Positions 18,142 through 27,252 of a stretch of DNA of 64,000 bases are shown here, one piece after another. How positions within the stretch are numbered: the stretch's first letter is position 1; the number at the start of each line of letters is the position of its first letter. Source of the DNA: a virus (Duplodnaviria; Caudoviricetes); the IMG/VR virus record IMGVR_UViG_3300034126_000020, positions 1 through 64,000 of that record. One strand, 5' to 3'. Position numbers and translations under genes: made by a program. The notes under the pieces were generated by a model. The model saw only the letters and a list, made by a program, of their open reading frames with translations, made no database searches and was not told where the DNA came from.

Positions 18142-20640
18142 ATGATCAAAGAGTTCATCAAACGTGACGGACGCATCGCGCCGTTCAATGCGCCTAAAGC
18201 CCTCGGCTGGGGTAAGTGGGGAGCCAAAGGCTTCGCCAAGTACATCGACTGGCAGTCCATTGTGGTAGCTACTGTGGCTCAGATGCCTGAGCGCTGCACT
18301 GCCAAGGAATTCAACAACGGCCTGATCCGTAACGCACTGAACACCGATACCTGGGCTGGCCAACTGATGGCCGGACGTATCTACGCAACGGAGATCCACA
18401 AAGAAGTATTCGGCGGTAAGAAGAAGCTCTCCCTTAAAGAAGTTCACACGGTCATGCAGGCGGCTAACGTCCTGGTGCCTTTGAACTACTCTGATGAAGA
18501 ATACGCTCAGATCGAGAAGTGGGTTGACCACGAGCGTGACTTCCATTGCGCGCACTACCAGCTCAAGCAAGGCCGTGACAAGTACGCCCTGCGTAACCGC
18601 ATCACCGGTCGCATCTACGAGACCCGTCAGCATGCGTTGGCACGTGTGGCCATGGTCGTGGCAGAGCACCATGATCCAATCACCCGTATGGCCCGTCTGG
18701 AGTCCATCTACAGTGACTTGGTGAACGAGCGTCTGTCTGCTCCTACGCCGAACCACAACAACATGGGCACTGGCCACAACGGCTTCTTCTCATGCTGCCT
18801 GTTTACCTGTGACGACACCAAGGAATCCATCGCGGCTTCCAGTCACATCGCTGAAGTCATGACCTACATGTCGGCAGGCTTGGGCGAGAACATGCAGGTG
18901 CGTTCGCTGGGCGATCCGATCCGCGGTGGTTCTATTGTTCACTCGGGCAAGATCCCGTACATGAACAAACAGACCGGTATCGTGAAGTCGAACAAGCAAG
19001 GCCCGCGTGGCGGCAGCTTGAACGAGTTCTTCAGTGGCTACGACCCAGAAGTCGTGGACATCATGGTCCTGAAGAACCCACGGACCCCAATCAACAAGCG
19101 CAACCGTTCCATCGATTACACGATGATGCTGAACCGTTGGCTGTTGCATAAGTCCTCGCTGAACGAGAACATCTTCCTGTTCAACGTCTACACTGCACCG
19201 GACCTGTACCGTGCGCTGTACGGCAAAGACCTGAACGAGTTCATCGCGCTGTACGAGCAGTACGAGCAAGACGAGAAGTTCAAGAAGATCTGGATCTCTG
19301 CTCGTCAACTGGTTGTCAATGCCCGTTCCGAAGGCTTCGAGACTGGCCGCTTCTACCTGGCCATGATCGATGAGATCAACTATCACACGCCACACCGCGA
19401 TGCGATCCATTCGTCGAACCTGTGCGTTGAGATCACTCAGCCGACTTGGTACTACGACATGCTCCTCGAGTTGTACAGCGAGAAGTTCATCGGGTTCATC
19501 AAGTTCGACACCATGTCCACCAAGGGCGTCTTCCTGGACAGTAACGTCCCGGTTGAAATCCAAGGCATCGTGGGTGAAGTGGCTGCACTGGAACTCAAAG
19601 CCGGCACCATGTTCCGCAGGGCTGCGAAGGACCGTAAAGAAGGCGATGACCAATGGCACACTGTGGCCAAGGTCTTGGAATCGCGTAAAGAGCCTGAAGT
19701 GTCCCTCTGCGCTCTGGCTGCGTTGATTCCGACGAACATCCACAGCGAAGAGCAGTACGCAGAGACTGCCTACAACGCGCTGTACATGATCGACTACTGC
19801 ATCGACCACAACCACTACGCCCTGCCACACATGAAGCTCACGGCACAAGCTCGCCGTAACGCCGGTGTGGGCCTGATGGACGTCGCGCACTACATGGCAC
19901 AGCGTAAGCTCTCCTACACGTCCCAAGAGGGCATGCTGGAGCTGCACAAGATCGCCGAACGTCATGCGTACCACTTGATCAACGCTTCGATCCGTCTGGG
20001 TCAAGAGCGTGGTAACGCCGAGTGGATTCACAAGACCGACTGGCCACGTGGCTGGACGCCGCAATCGACCTACAACCGTAACGTCGACACACTGGCTCCG
20101 TTCACCAACCAGTACGATTGGGATGACGTCTCTCGTCGTCTGATCGCTCAAGGCGGTGGTCGCTTCAGTTCCCTGATCGCCCACATGCCAGGTGAATCGT
20201 CGTCCAAGTACAGCGCCTGCACCAACAGCCTGATGGACCTGCGTGAACTGTCGATCATCAAGACCGATGCCGACAACTCGATGTACTGGGTCGCTCCAGA
20301 AGCCGACACTCTGAAAGAATGGTATTCCATTGCTTGGAACCGTACTCGCCGCCAACACAGCGAGACGTACGCCATCTTCCAGAAGTGGGCTGACCAATCC
20401 ATCAGCGCTGACTGGTACGCCACCTTCAAGGGTGACGAGAAGATCAGTTCCAGTGACCTGATCGAAGAGACCAACTACATGTCCTGGCTGGGGCAGAAGA
20501 CGGTCTACTACACCAACACTGACTCCTCAGACAAAGACGCTTTGGCTGGGGTGATGCAACGTGTACGTCGCGAAGTCGCAGAAGACGACGGCCTTGACGT
20601 TAGCGGTCCTGCATGTACTTCCGGCGGTTGCTCCGTTTAA
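18142..20640 (+). CDS. nrdA: Ribonucleoside-diphosphate reductase class Ia, alpha subunit
   Basis: N-terminal ATP-cone-like KRDGR, PTPN, SCCL, KQGPRGGS, SNLCVEI, SLCAL, MPGESSS, VYYTN and C-terminal CTSGGCSV. Confidence 0.97.
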   Translation: MIKEFIKRDGRIAPFNAPKALGWGKWGAKGFAKYIDWQSIVVATVAQMPERCTAKEFNNGLIRNALNTDTWAGQLMAGRIYATEIHKEVFGGKKKLSLKEVHTVMQAANVLVPLNYSDEEYAQIEKWVDHERDFHCAHYQLKQGRDKYALRNRITGRIYETRQHALARVAMVVAEHHDPITRMARLESIYSDLVNERLSAPTPNHNNMGTGHNGFFSCCLFTCDDTKESIAASSHIAEVMTYMSAGLGENMQVRSLGDPIRGGSIVHSGKIPYMNKQTGIVKSNKQGPRGGSLNEFFSGYDPEVVDIMVLKNPRTPINKRNRSIDYTMMLNRWLLHKSSLNENIFLFNVYTAPDLYRALYGKDLNEFIALYEQYEQDEKFKKIWISARQLVVNARSEGFETGRFYLAMIDEINYHTPHRDAIHSSNLCVEITQPTWYYDMLLELYSEKFIGFIKFDTMSTKGVFLDSNVPVEIQGIVGEVAALELKAGTMFRRAAKDRKEGDDQWHTVAKVLESRKEPEVSLCALAALIPTNIHSEEQYAETAYNALYMIDYCIDHNHYALPHMKLTAQARRNAGVGLMDVAHYMAQRKLSYTSQEGMLELHKIAERHAYHLINASIRLGQERGNAEWIHKTDWPRGWTPQSTYNRNVDTLAPFTNQYDWDDVSRRLIAQGGGRFSSLIAHMPGESSSKYSACTNSLMDLRELSIIKTDADNSMYWVAPEADTLKEWYSIAWNRTRRQHSETYAIFQKWADQSISADWYATFKGDEKISSSDLIEETNYMSWLGQKTVYYTNTDSSDKDALAGVMQRVRREVAEDDGLDVSGPACTSGGCSV

Positions 20641-20705
20641 TCTGCTCGGCATGATGCCGGTGCTTCCGCCGGCATTACCTCCAACACTTAATAGACGGCA
20701 ACGAC

Positions 20706-21905
20706 ATGTCTAATCTGAAAGAAGCTTCACCGATCGCTGCACTGCAATCCATCGTCCAACCCGCTATGTTCGATGTGAACATCTTCAACGCCGAAAAGCA
20801 GAACTACGGTGACAGCCGTTTGTTCCTCGGCGAACCGGCAGGCTTGCTGGACACCGTGAACGATCCGCATCCGAAGCTGTGGGACTTCTGGCGCTCGCTC
20901 CGTGGTCTGGACTGGGACACCAACGAGTTCGACTTCAGTCCGTGCTTGTTGGAATTCAAGACCGGCGATAAGTTCGTCGCTCAAGCCATGATCCAGAACC
21001 TGGGCTGGCAGTGGGAAGGTGACACCCTCGCAGCCAACAGCATCATGGCCGTGGGTAACCACTTCGTGACCAGTTCTGCACTGAAGGTAGTGTGGGACCA
21101 AATCGTGGCTAACGAGAACCTGCACGCTACGACCTACTCCGAGATCGTGCGTTACAGCTTCGACACGCCGAACGAAGTACTGGCCAACGTACTGGGCATC
21201 AAAGAAGCCATGTCCCGCATGGAAGTCATTGGCCGCACCATGGGCGAATGCTATCGCGTGGGTCTGAAGGTCTCTCTGGGCCTCATTGACCGTAACTCCG
21301 ACGAAGCCTACCGTGCTGCGTTCATGTTCACGGTTGCACTGTTCCTGCTCGAGCGTGTGAACTTCATGGGTTCGTTCGCAGTGACTGGCGGTATCGCACA
21401 GACTGGCGCCTACATGCCAATCTGCAAAGCGGTACAGCGTATTGCTCAGGACGAAGCTGAGATCCACGTCAACGTCGGTAAGTACGTGCTCCAGTACGAG
21501 ATGTCCACTGAACGTGGCCGTGCTTGCTGGAAAGCGAACCGTCACCTGATCGACGACATGACCCTCGAAGTGCGTGCATCTGAAATGCGTTGGAGAAACT
21601 TCCAGCGTGATTCGGGTTCGATCGTACCGGGTGTGGGCTGGGATGAGATTGGTTCGTTCATCAACTTCAACGTGGCTGATGCCTGTGACGTCCTGGAACG
21701 TCCTGTGGACTTCAAAGCCCCGCTGGAGATGCCATTGCCGTACATGGCGAAATGGTTGGACGTGGCGGCCACTCAGGCCTCCCCACAAGAACAGGACAAC
21801 GGTCAATACCGCGTGAACGTCGTACGCCATGACGACCACGATAAGGTGTTCCCGTTCCAACTGCACCGTCCGCAGAACCCTTCGCGCATCCTGCTACCTG
21901 TCTAA
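20706..21905 (+). CDS. nrdB: Ribonucleoside-diphosphate reductase class Ia, beta subunit
   Basis: W..EFDFS, ENLHATTYSEI, ERVNFMGSF and IAQDEAEIH di-iron motifs; follows nrdA. Confidence 0.95.
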   Translation: MSNLKEASPIAALQSIVQPAMFDVNIFNAEKQNYGDSRLFLGEPAGLLDTVNDPHPKLWDFWRSLRGLDWDTNEFDFSPCLLEFKTGDKFVAQAMIQNLGWQWEGDTLAANSIMAVGNHFVTSSALKVVWDQIVANENLHATTYSEIVRYSFDTPNEVLANVLGIKEAMSRMEVIGRTMGECYRVGLKVSLGLIDRNSDEAYRAAFMFTVALFLLERVNFMGSFAVTGGIAQTGAYMPICKAVQRIAQDEAEIHVNVGKYVLQYEMSTERGRACWKANRHLIDDMTLEVRASEMRWRNFQRDSGSIVPGVGWDEIGSFINFNVADACDVLERPVDFKAPLEMPLPYMAKWLDVAATQASPQEQDNGQYRVNVVRHDDHDKVFPFQLHRPQNPSRILLPV

Positions 21906-21912
21906 GCATCTG

Positions 21913-21950
21913 CCCCCTACAGCTCGAAAGGCTGTAGGGGGTTTATGCCG
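21913..21950 (+). terminator. Hairpin terminator + TATGCCG
   Basis: CCCCCTACAGC-TCGAAAG-GCTGTAGGGGG then TTTATGCCG. Confidence 0.85.
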
Positions 21951-22004
21951 ACATCCTATGTACAGCAATTCCTTCGCTGTATTTGCTCACATGAGGATCT
22001 TCAT

Positions 22005-22529
22005 ATGAACGCTGCTCACGCTGGCCGTGCTTTGCTGCTGGCCGCTCTGAACGTCGCTGCTGCTGCTCAGGGCAAAACCCTGTTGGCCTCCGACTTCACC
22101 TTCGGCGCTGTCGCCGCCTCCACCAACCCGAACCGCGAAGTTCAGGTTGAACTGACCGCTGCTCCGGAGTCTCTGTTCTCCGGCGAACAGACCGTCTTCT
22201 TCGACCGTCTGGACGTGCAGGGCATCTTCACTACCGCTGGCATCACCGACGTGACCGTGCTGAAAGGCGCTGCCACTGTTGGCGAAGTTGTCGACGCGAT
22301 CAACACCCGTTACGGTCTGGGCTTCAACGCCGAAGACTTCGACCTGACTGCCGCCGTTGCTGAAGACGACACCGAAGTCGTTCTGACCGCTCTGGCCGGT
22401 TCTTACGCTTTCAAAGGCGACCTGCTGGTGACTTTGGCGGTAGCTAAAACCCCTTTGGCTGAAGCCGTCGTTAACCCAGAGCTCGGCGGCCTGGAAGTAA
22501 CTCCTGTTGACTCCGAAGCTCAAGGCTAA
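22005..22529 (+). CDS. Virion structural protein of the RLDL paralog family
   Basis: VFFDRLDV..AINTRYGLGF..ALAGSYAFKG aligns by eye with 57750-58265; ATG 22005 with GAGG SD. Confidence 0.75.
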   Translation: MNAAHAGRALLLAALNVAAAAQGKTLLASDFTFGAVAASTNPNREVQVELTAAPESLFSGEQTVFFDRLDVQGIFTTAGITDVTVLKGAATVGEVVDAINTRYGLGFNAEDFDLTAAVAEDDTEVVLTALAGSYAFKGDLLVTLAVAKTPLAEAVVNPELGGLEVTPVDSEAQG

Positions 22530-22559
22530 GGGTTGACCCGATAGGGTGAGGGAATAATC

Positions 22560-22982
22560 ATGGCAGAGCCAGAAGTGCCCCAAGGCTGGACCAGCACTAT
22601 TGGACAGTTGACGCCCATTGATCCCTCGCTGCTGTCTGGCGAAGAGAGCGTAGAACTCACCGTCACCACTCGTGAAGACGGTGGAGCGGGCATGGCTAAG
22701 AAAACTTACCGTGCCCGCATCTACGACCTCCTCTCTATCTACGCCGCAAGGCGAGATAACCCGAACCATGTCACTGCTGAGCAGACTGGTGCTTTCACCA
22801 AAGAGAAGACACAAGAGCTTCTCGATGGAAAGTTGGGTGCGGATGAAGTGGCGGTGGATGCTCTGAAGCTGGGCGGTAAGCTGGCTGAAGACTACCTGCT
22901 GGTTGCAGAGTTTCAACAGACGTTGCAAAACGTCACAAGTGACATTGACGACATTACTGATACGCTTGTTGCGGCTCCGTGA
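22560..22982 (+). CDS. Tail-fibre-associated protein
   Basis: RRDNPNHVTAEQTGA (NPHxVTxxQ-type fibre motif) and DALKLGGK. Confidence 0.65.
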   Translation: MAEPEVPQGWTSTIGQLTPIDPSLLSGEESVELTVTTREDGGAGMAKKTYRARIYDLLSIYAARRDNPNHVTAEQTGAFTKEKTQELLDGKLGADEVAVDALKLGGKLAEDYLLVAEFQQTLQNVTSDIDDITDTLVAAP

Positions 22983-23100
22983 TGATGTCCCTGGCGCGCG
23001 GTCCTGAGTCGTTTAAGGATCGTGCGTCAGACCTCGTCTATTTTATGTGACGACGCCACACCGGCTTCCTCACTAACCCTTCCCAAGAGAGGAATGTTCC

Positions 23101-24291
23101 ATGGCACTGTCCAACGCCGCACTTGAAGCCGCACTAAAAGCGGCGATTGCACGTCTTGTAGCCGCACTGGCCAACAAGGATGCACTCAACAGCCTGAAGC
23201 TTGAAGGCAAAACCCTCGCCGAGATCACCACCCTGATCCTGGCAGGCAAAGCAGCCACCGCTGGTGAAGCTGATAACGCCCTCAAACTTGGCGGGAAGGA
23301 CCTCGCTACTCTGCAAGCTGATTACGCTGCCGCTATCGAAGCTGCCGTAACAGCTGCGAAGACAGAACTCGAAGGCGTCATTGGCGCTATCGATAAAGCT
23401 TCCATCGGTCTGGGCAACGTCGAGAACTTCGGCGTCGCGACTGAAGCGGAAGCATTGGCAGGCGCGACTGACAAGTACGTCACCGCCTTCCTGGCCGATC
23501 TGATCGCTCAGAAGAAGATCGACGAACTGGTTGGTGCTGCTCCAGAAACCCTGGACACCATCAAAGAGATCGCCGACGCTCTGAACAACGATCCGGACAT
23601 CATCAACACGATGTTGAGCCAGATCGGCAGCAAAGAAACCCCTGAAGGCGCGCAAGCCAAGGCCGACGCTGCACAGACCGCTGCGGTCGCTGCTGCCAAG
23701 ACCTACGCTGACGAAACCTTCCTGGGCAAAGACGACAAAGCGGTCGACTCCGACAAGCTGGAAGGCAAGACTCTTGCTGAAATCCTGCAACTGTCCGGCG
23801 TTACCCCTGACGACTTCACCGTTGCTCCGCTGAACGTCTTCCTGGGCGTTGATTACGTGGCAATGGCTTCGTCCGTCACTGGCGAATGGTCCGGTCCTGC
23901 TGCCGTAGGCGCAATGGCTGCCGACACCACCCTGACCAAACACGGCGCCGCTACTGGCTTCCTGTCGGTCAGCGTTGTGGAAAGCGCTGTTAATGGCGTA
24001 GCGTCGAAAGTCGTTACCCGTCGCGTTGAACTGGCTGATAAAGACGGCGTGGGCAAAACCTACGTTGAAATCTTCAGCCTCAGCATCGCTGACGTTTCTG
24101 TTAAAGGCACCGGCTTCCAACTGCTGGTTTCCGCTGCTGAAGTTCAAGTGGCTGTTGATGCTGCTGTTGCTCCTGTCCTGACTCAGGTCGAGACCAACAC
24201 TGCCGACATCGACGCACTGGCTCAAGCCCTGATCGACGCTTTCAACGAAGCGTCTGATGGTCTGGAACCAGAAGAGCCGCCTGTAGTTTAA
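23101..24291 (+). CDS. Tail-fibre-like protein
   Basis: APETLDTIKEIADALNNDPD, IGLGNVENF and three KLEGK/KLGGK repeats, all typical of fibre proteins; Ala-rich. Confidence 0.75.
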   Translation: MALSNAALEAALKAAIARLVAALANKDALNSLKLEGKTLAEITTLILAGKAATAGEADNALKLGGKDLATLQADYAAAIEAAVTAAKTELEGVIGAIDKASIGLGNVENFGVATEAEALAGATDKYVTAFLADLIAQKKIDELVGAAPETLDTIKEIADALNNDPDIINTMLSQIGSKETPEGAQAKADAAQTAAVAAAKTYADETFLGKDDKAVDSDKLEGKTLAEILQLSGVTPDDFTVAPLNVFLGVDYVAMASSVTGEWSGPAAVGAMAADTTLTKHGAATGFLSVSVVESAVNGVASKVVTRRVELADKDGVGKTYVEIFSLSIADVSVKGTGFQLLVSAAEVQVAVDAAVAPVLTQVETNTADIDALAQALIDAFNEASDGLEPEEPPVV

Positions 24292-24298
24292 GGCGACG

Positions 24299-24338
24299 CG
24301 ACATAGAGCGAGGGCCTAGGCCCTCGCTCTTTATGCCG
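24299..24338. terminator. Bidirectional hairpin terminator + TATGCCG
   Basis: AGAGCGAGGGCC-TA-GGCCCTCGCTCT flanked by CGACATA and TTATGCCG. Confidence 0.85.
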
Positions 24339-24902
24339 TTAGTCGAGAGAACCGTTCTCAACGAACCGGATCTGTCCTTCGTCGGTAATGCGCAGACGCC
24401 CTTCATCAGTGATCCGACGGATACCGCCAGACCAGAACAAATGGATCTTCTTGTCCCCGATGTAGATGAGGGACTTCTCTTTAGCAAAGATGTCCACGTC
24501 CATGAACTGGAACAGGGAGTTGAATGGATCGTTGATGTCGACATCGAACTCACCGTCCACCAAGTTGAACTTGCCGTCAAGGTAAGCAATCAATGCCGCC
24601 TTGTCTGCAATGTCCTTCACCTCTTCCAAGTCAATGGTAAAGGTTGGGTAGTGGGTGTTGATGTCAGCACGGGCGTAGTACAGGTCTTCCTGTCCTTTGA
24701 ACGGCCCGCCTTTCTTGGCCTTGACCAAGATGACAGTGTTATCGCCGTCGTCGTCCTCACCGTCTTCCAGAGCACGAGGGAGTTCTACTTCCACCATGTT
24801 GGGATTCAGCTTAACGCGGTTGGTCCGATAGATCAGGGCGAAGAGGTTCTCCAGCGCTGTCTTGTCGGGGTCGAACTTGAAGTTGTCAGTCTTGCACGCC
24901 AT
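24339..24902 (-). CDS. Virion structural protein, distant member of the RLDL family
   Basis: NTVILVKA..FKGQEDLYYARADI..LDGKFNL..SLIYIG pattern. Confidence 0.65.
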   Translation of the reverse strand: MACKTDNFKFDPDKTALENLFALIYRTNRVKLNPNMVEVELPRALEDGEDDDGDNTVILVKAKKGGPFKGQEDLYYARADINTHYPTFTIDLEEVKDIADKAALIAYLDGKFNLVDGEFDVDINDPFNSLFQFMDVDIFAKEKSLIYIGDKKIHLFWSGGIRRITDEGRLRITDEGQIRFVENGSLD

Positions 24903-24926
24903 GAGATAGCCTCAGTAAAGCCCTAG

Positions 24927-25292
24927 TCATAGTATTTCGCCACGCACTACCAAACGGTATCCATTGTCCTCTGCCACATCCTTAATGAACTCAACAAAGA
25001 TGTGCCGGTGACAGAACTTTCCAGCTTTGCAGTAACAGGCAACACAGATAGGACCCTCTTGCTCGAGGAACTCTTGGAAGGCTTCAGGATGGAGCCTGAA
25101 CTGCTCCCTGAGGCGTTCTAGGTACAAGACCGTGTACTGCTCGTCTGAGACTTCATTACGCTTGTAAGCCCACAGTACGGACGGCTCAGGTGCAAAGACA
25201 GCGAGACCTGACTTGACAGTGATGTCGATCAGTGTGACTTGCTTCTCCTTAGCCTTGCGCCATTGGGAGAGAGCGATGGTGTAGAGTTCCAT
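24927..25292 (-). CDS. Small protein with C-x-C-x5-CHR motif (DUF488-like)
   Basis: VACYCKAGKFCHRH; AGGAGGG SD. Confidence 0.65.
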   Translation of the reverse strand: MELYTIALSQWRKAKEKQVTLIDITVKSGLAVFAPEPSVLWAYKRNEVSDEQYTVLYLERLREQFRLHPEAFQEFLEQEGPICVACYCKAGKFCHRHIFVEFIKDVAEDNGYRLVVRGEIL

Positions 25293-25320
25293 GATTCCCT
25301 CCTTCGTCTATACAGTGACA

Positions 25321-25755
25321 CGGCATAATAAAAATAAAAGCCATCCGCAGTGCATCCCCCAATGTTCTACCCGAAGACAGAATATTGGAGGCTGCACTAA
25401 AGATGGCATCACTCCGTGAGGAGTGGCACTTCGTGACGCCTGACGTCCCCTTTCAGCCGGATCGGGAGACATCATTGGCAGCGACGTGGAGCACACGCTC
25501 AGACGCGTCATCGTTTACCGTAACACACCACGGGTAGCGTTGGCGTGGGGCTACGGAACCGCAACAACCCTGACTATCACGACGAGTTCATCAGGGGCAA
25601 CGAAATAGTAGCTGAGGGCGCAATGCCCTCAGCTGTGTGGTCCGCCCAATGGGGGAGTGGGAGGGTGCCACGAGTGCGAGAGCAAACGCTCTCCTCTATT
25701 CTACGCAATCAAGCGCATCAGGATGCTGGATTATCTGTTAAAGAACAGGTCCTAC
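25321..25755 (-). ncRNA. Candidate ~430-nt structured ncRNA
   Basis: No credible ORF; at least 8 stems with G-U pairs favouring the minus strand; cUUCGg terminal hairpin + U-tract + TATGCCG; GTATGTA motif at the 5' end. Confidence 0.5.
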
Positions 25756-25778
25756 ATACTATACACGCTTTTTGCGTA

Positions 25779-27221
25779 TCAGAGGTCCATCAGCGCTTGC
25801 AGTGCACGGGTGTTGGTTTCCCCGTCACGGATGCAGGCCGCAACCCAGGTGTCGTAATGGCGAACCAGAACGTCACCGGCACGGTCAACAACCATGTTGG
25901 TGGTCAGGCAGAACTCATGGTTGACTTCGGCTTCAAGAGCAGCCTTGCCATCAGCGGTCAGGAGACCGTTGGAGTCCAGCCACGACATCAACTGACGCTG
26001 AATGCCAACAACGGCATCGACGTCTTGAACGCGAGTGGTGATGTTTTCGATGACGATCGGATCAGCAACCGATTCGGTCGAAACCTTTTTCTTCGGATTG
26101 CCTTCTTCATCCAGCTCGTCTTCTTCCGGATCGACTGGGTCGACCGGATCAGCATCAGGGTCCACTGGGTCCGCATCCGGATCTACTGGATCAGCATCGG
26201 CGTTGGCCGCTTCGATTTCAGCTTCCGGATCAACCGGATCTGCATCCGGGTCGACAGGGTCGACTGGATCAACAGGATCGGCGTCTGGGTCGATTGGATC
26301 GACCGGGTCAGCGTCAGGATCGACAGGGTCGATCGGATCTGCATCGGGGTCAACCGGATCAGTGCTATCGCCCAGCGCAGGATCTGCGTCAGGATCGGTA
26401 GGCACGTCGCCTTCGCCATTGTCCGGATTCGTCGGGGTGTCTTTCTCGATGGTGTTGGCAGTCACGCCGTCATCAAGTTTAGGACCCGACGGATTGTCGT
26501 CACGATGCTGCTCGATCAGATCACCGATACGGTCATCGCCTTCGCTACCAATAGAGGCAGCTTCAGCACGGGCCGATTCAGCGCTTTCTTCAGCAGCTTC
26601 TTTGGCAGTGGCAACCAACGCCTCGATACGGTCAACCGCATCAGACATCTCGCCCAGTACCTGAGTCTGCTCCAGGTCTTCCATGGAGACGCCCAGTGCA
26701 ACCAAGCCATCGCCCATGCGACGAGCGACGTTGAGCACCAGCGGACGGGCCGCTTCGATGGTCATGCCTTCCATGGAGATCACGGCGCGTACGGTGTCGA
26801 TGTTTTCCTTGAACAGACCCAGGGCTTCAGCCTTGAAGTTCAGGGATTCCAGCGATGCCGAGGTTTCGGAGTCACGGGTGGTGAACGGCACTGGCTCGTC
26901 GGAGTCGGCCTTGGCTTGCAGGGCTTGCTCGATGGCCTCGACTTCAGTCAGGCGTGGAGTGAGCACGTCCTGCATGATCAGTTCGACTTGAGCTTGAGGC
27001 TCAGTCACGCCATCGACGACCTGCAAGTCGGCTTGATGATCAGCTTGTTCGAGCACGTCTTCAGCCAACACCATGAAGGAAGAAGCGGAGTCGCTTTCCA
27101 ACGATGGAGTGAGCAGAAGTGCCCGGCCAACCGACATCAGGGCTTCGAGGCTGGTACGGTAGCCTTGAGCCTCATGGAGCATTTGAGCCGCGTTAGGTCG
27201 TGCGGTGGTATTGTGCGTCAT
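25779..27221 (-). CDS. Acidic internal head protein with S-x-E cleavage sites and a Pro-Asp repeat tract
   Basis: TSLE, PSLE, ASLE, ISME, VSME and VSTE sites; (DPVDPDA)n tract. Confidence 0.75.
   Translation of the reverse strand: MTHNTTARPNAAQMLHEAQGYRTSLEALMSVGRALLLTPSLESDSASSFMVLAEDVLEQADHQADLQVVDGVTEPQAQVELIMQDVLTPRLTEVEAIEQALQAKADSDEPVPFTTRDSETSASLESLNFKAEALGLFKENIDTVRAVISMEGMTIEAARPLVLNVARRMGDGLVALGVSMEDLEQTQVLGEMSDAVDRIEALVATAKEAAEESAESARAEAASIGSEGDDRIGDLIEQHRDDNPSGPKLDDGVTANTIEKDTPTNPDNGEGDVPTDPDADPALGDSTDPVDPDADPIDPVDPDADPVDPIDPDADPVDPVDPVDPDADPVDPEAEIEAANADADPVDPDADPVDPDADPVDPVDPEEDELDEEGNPKKKVSTESVADPIVIENITTRVQDVDAVVGIQRQLMSWLDSNGLLTADGKAALEAEVNHEFCLTTNMVVDRAGDVLVRHYDTWVAACIRDGETNTRALQALMDL
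26110..26410 (-). repeat. Coding tandem repeat (DP[V/I]DPDA units)
   Basis: Degenerate 9-21-nt in-frame units rich in GGATC/GGGTC on the plus strand; boundaries approximate. Confidence 0.85.
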
Positions 27222-27252
27222 GTTATGACCCTCTTCTCAGATATACTCCCCT

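Noticed and set aside
19447-19695. Functional intein in NrdA
   Set aside because: No N-terminal Cys/Ser junction or C-terminal His-Asn; kept only as a possible relic.
25588-25594. CUGAUGA hammerhead core on the minus strand
   Set aside because: No correctly placed stem II + GAAA and cleavage triplet; the sequence instead pairs in a CCCUGA/UCAGGG stem.
26110-26410. Repetitive DNA that could be mistaken for a CRISPR or iteron array
   Set aside because: Units are degenerate, in-frame multiples of 3 with no unique spacers; they encode the Pro-Asp tract.
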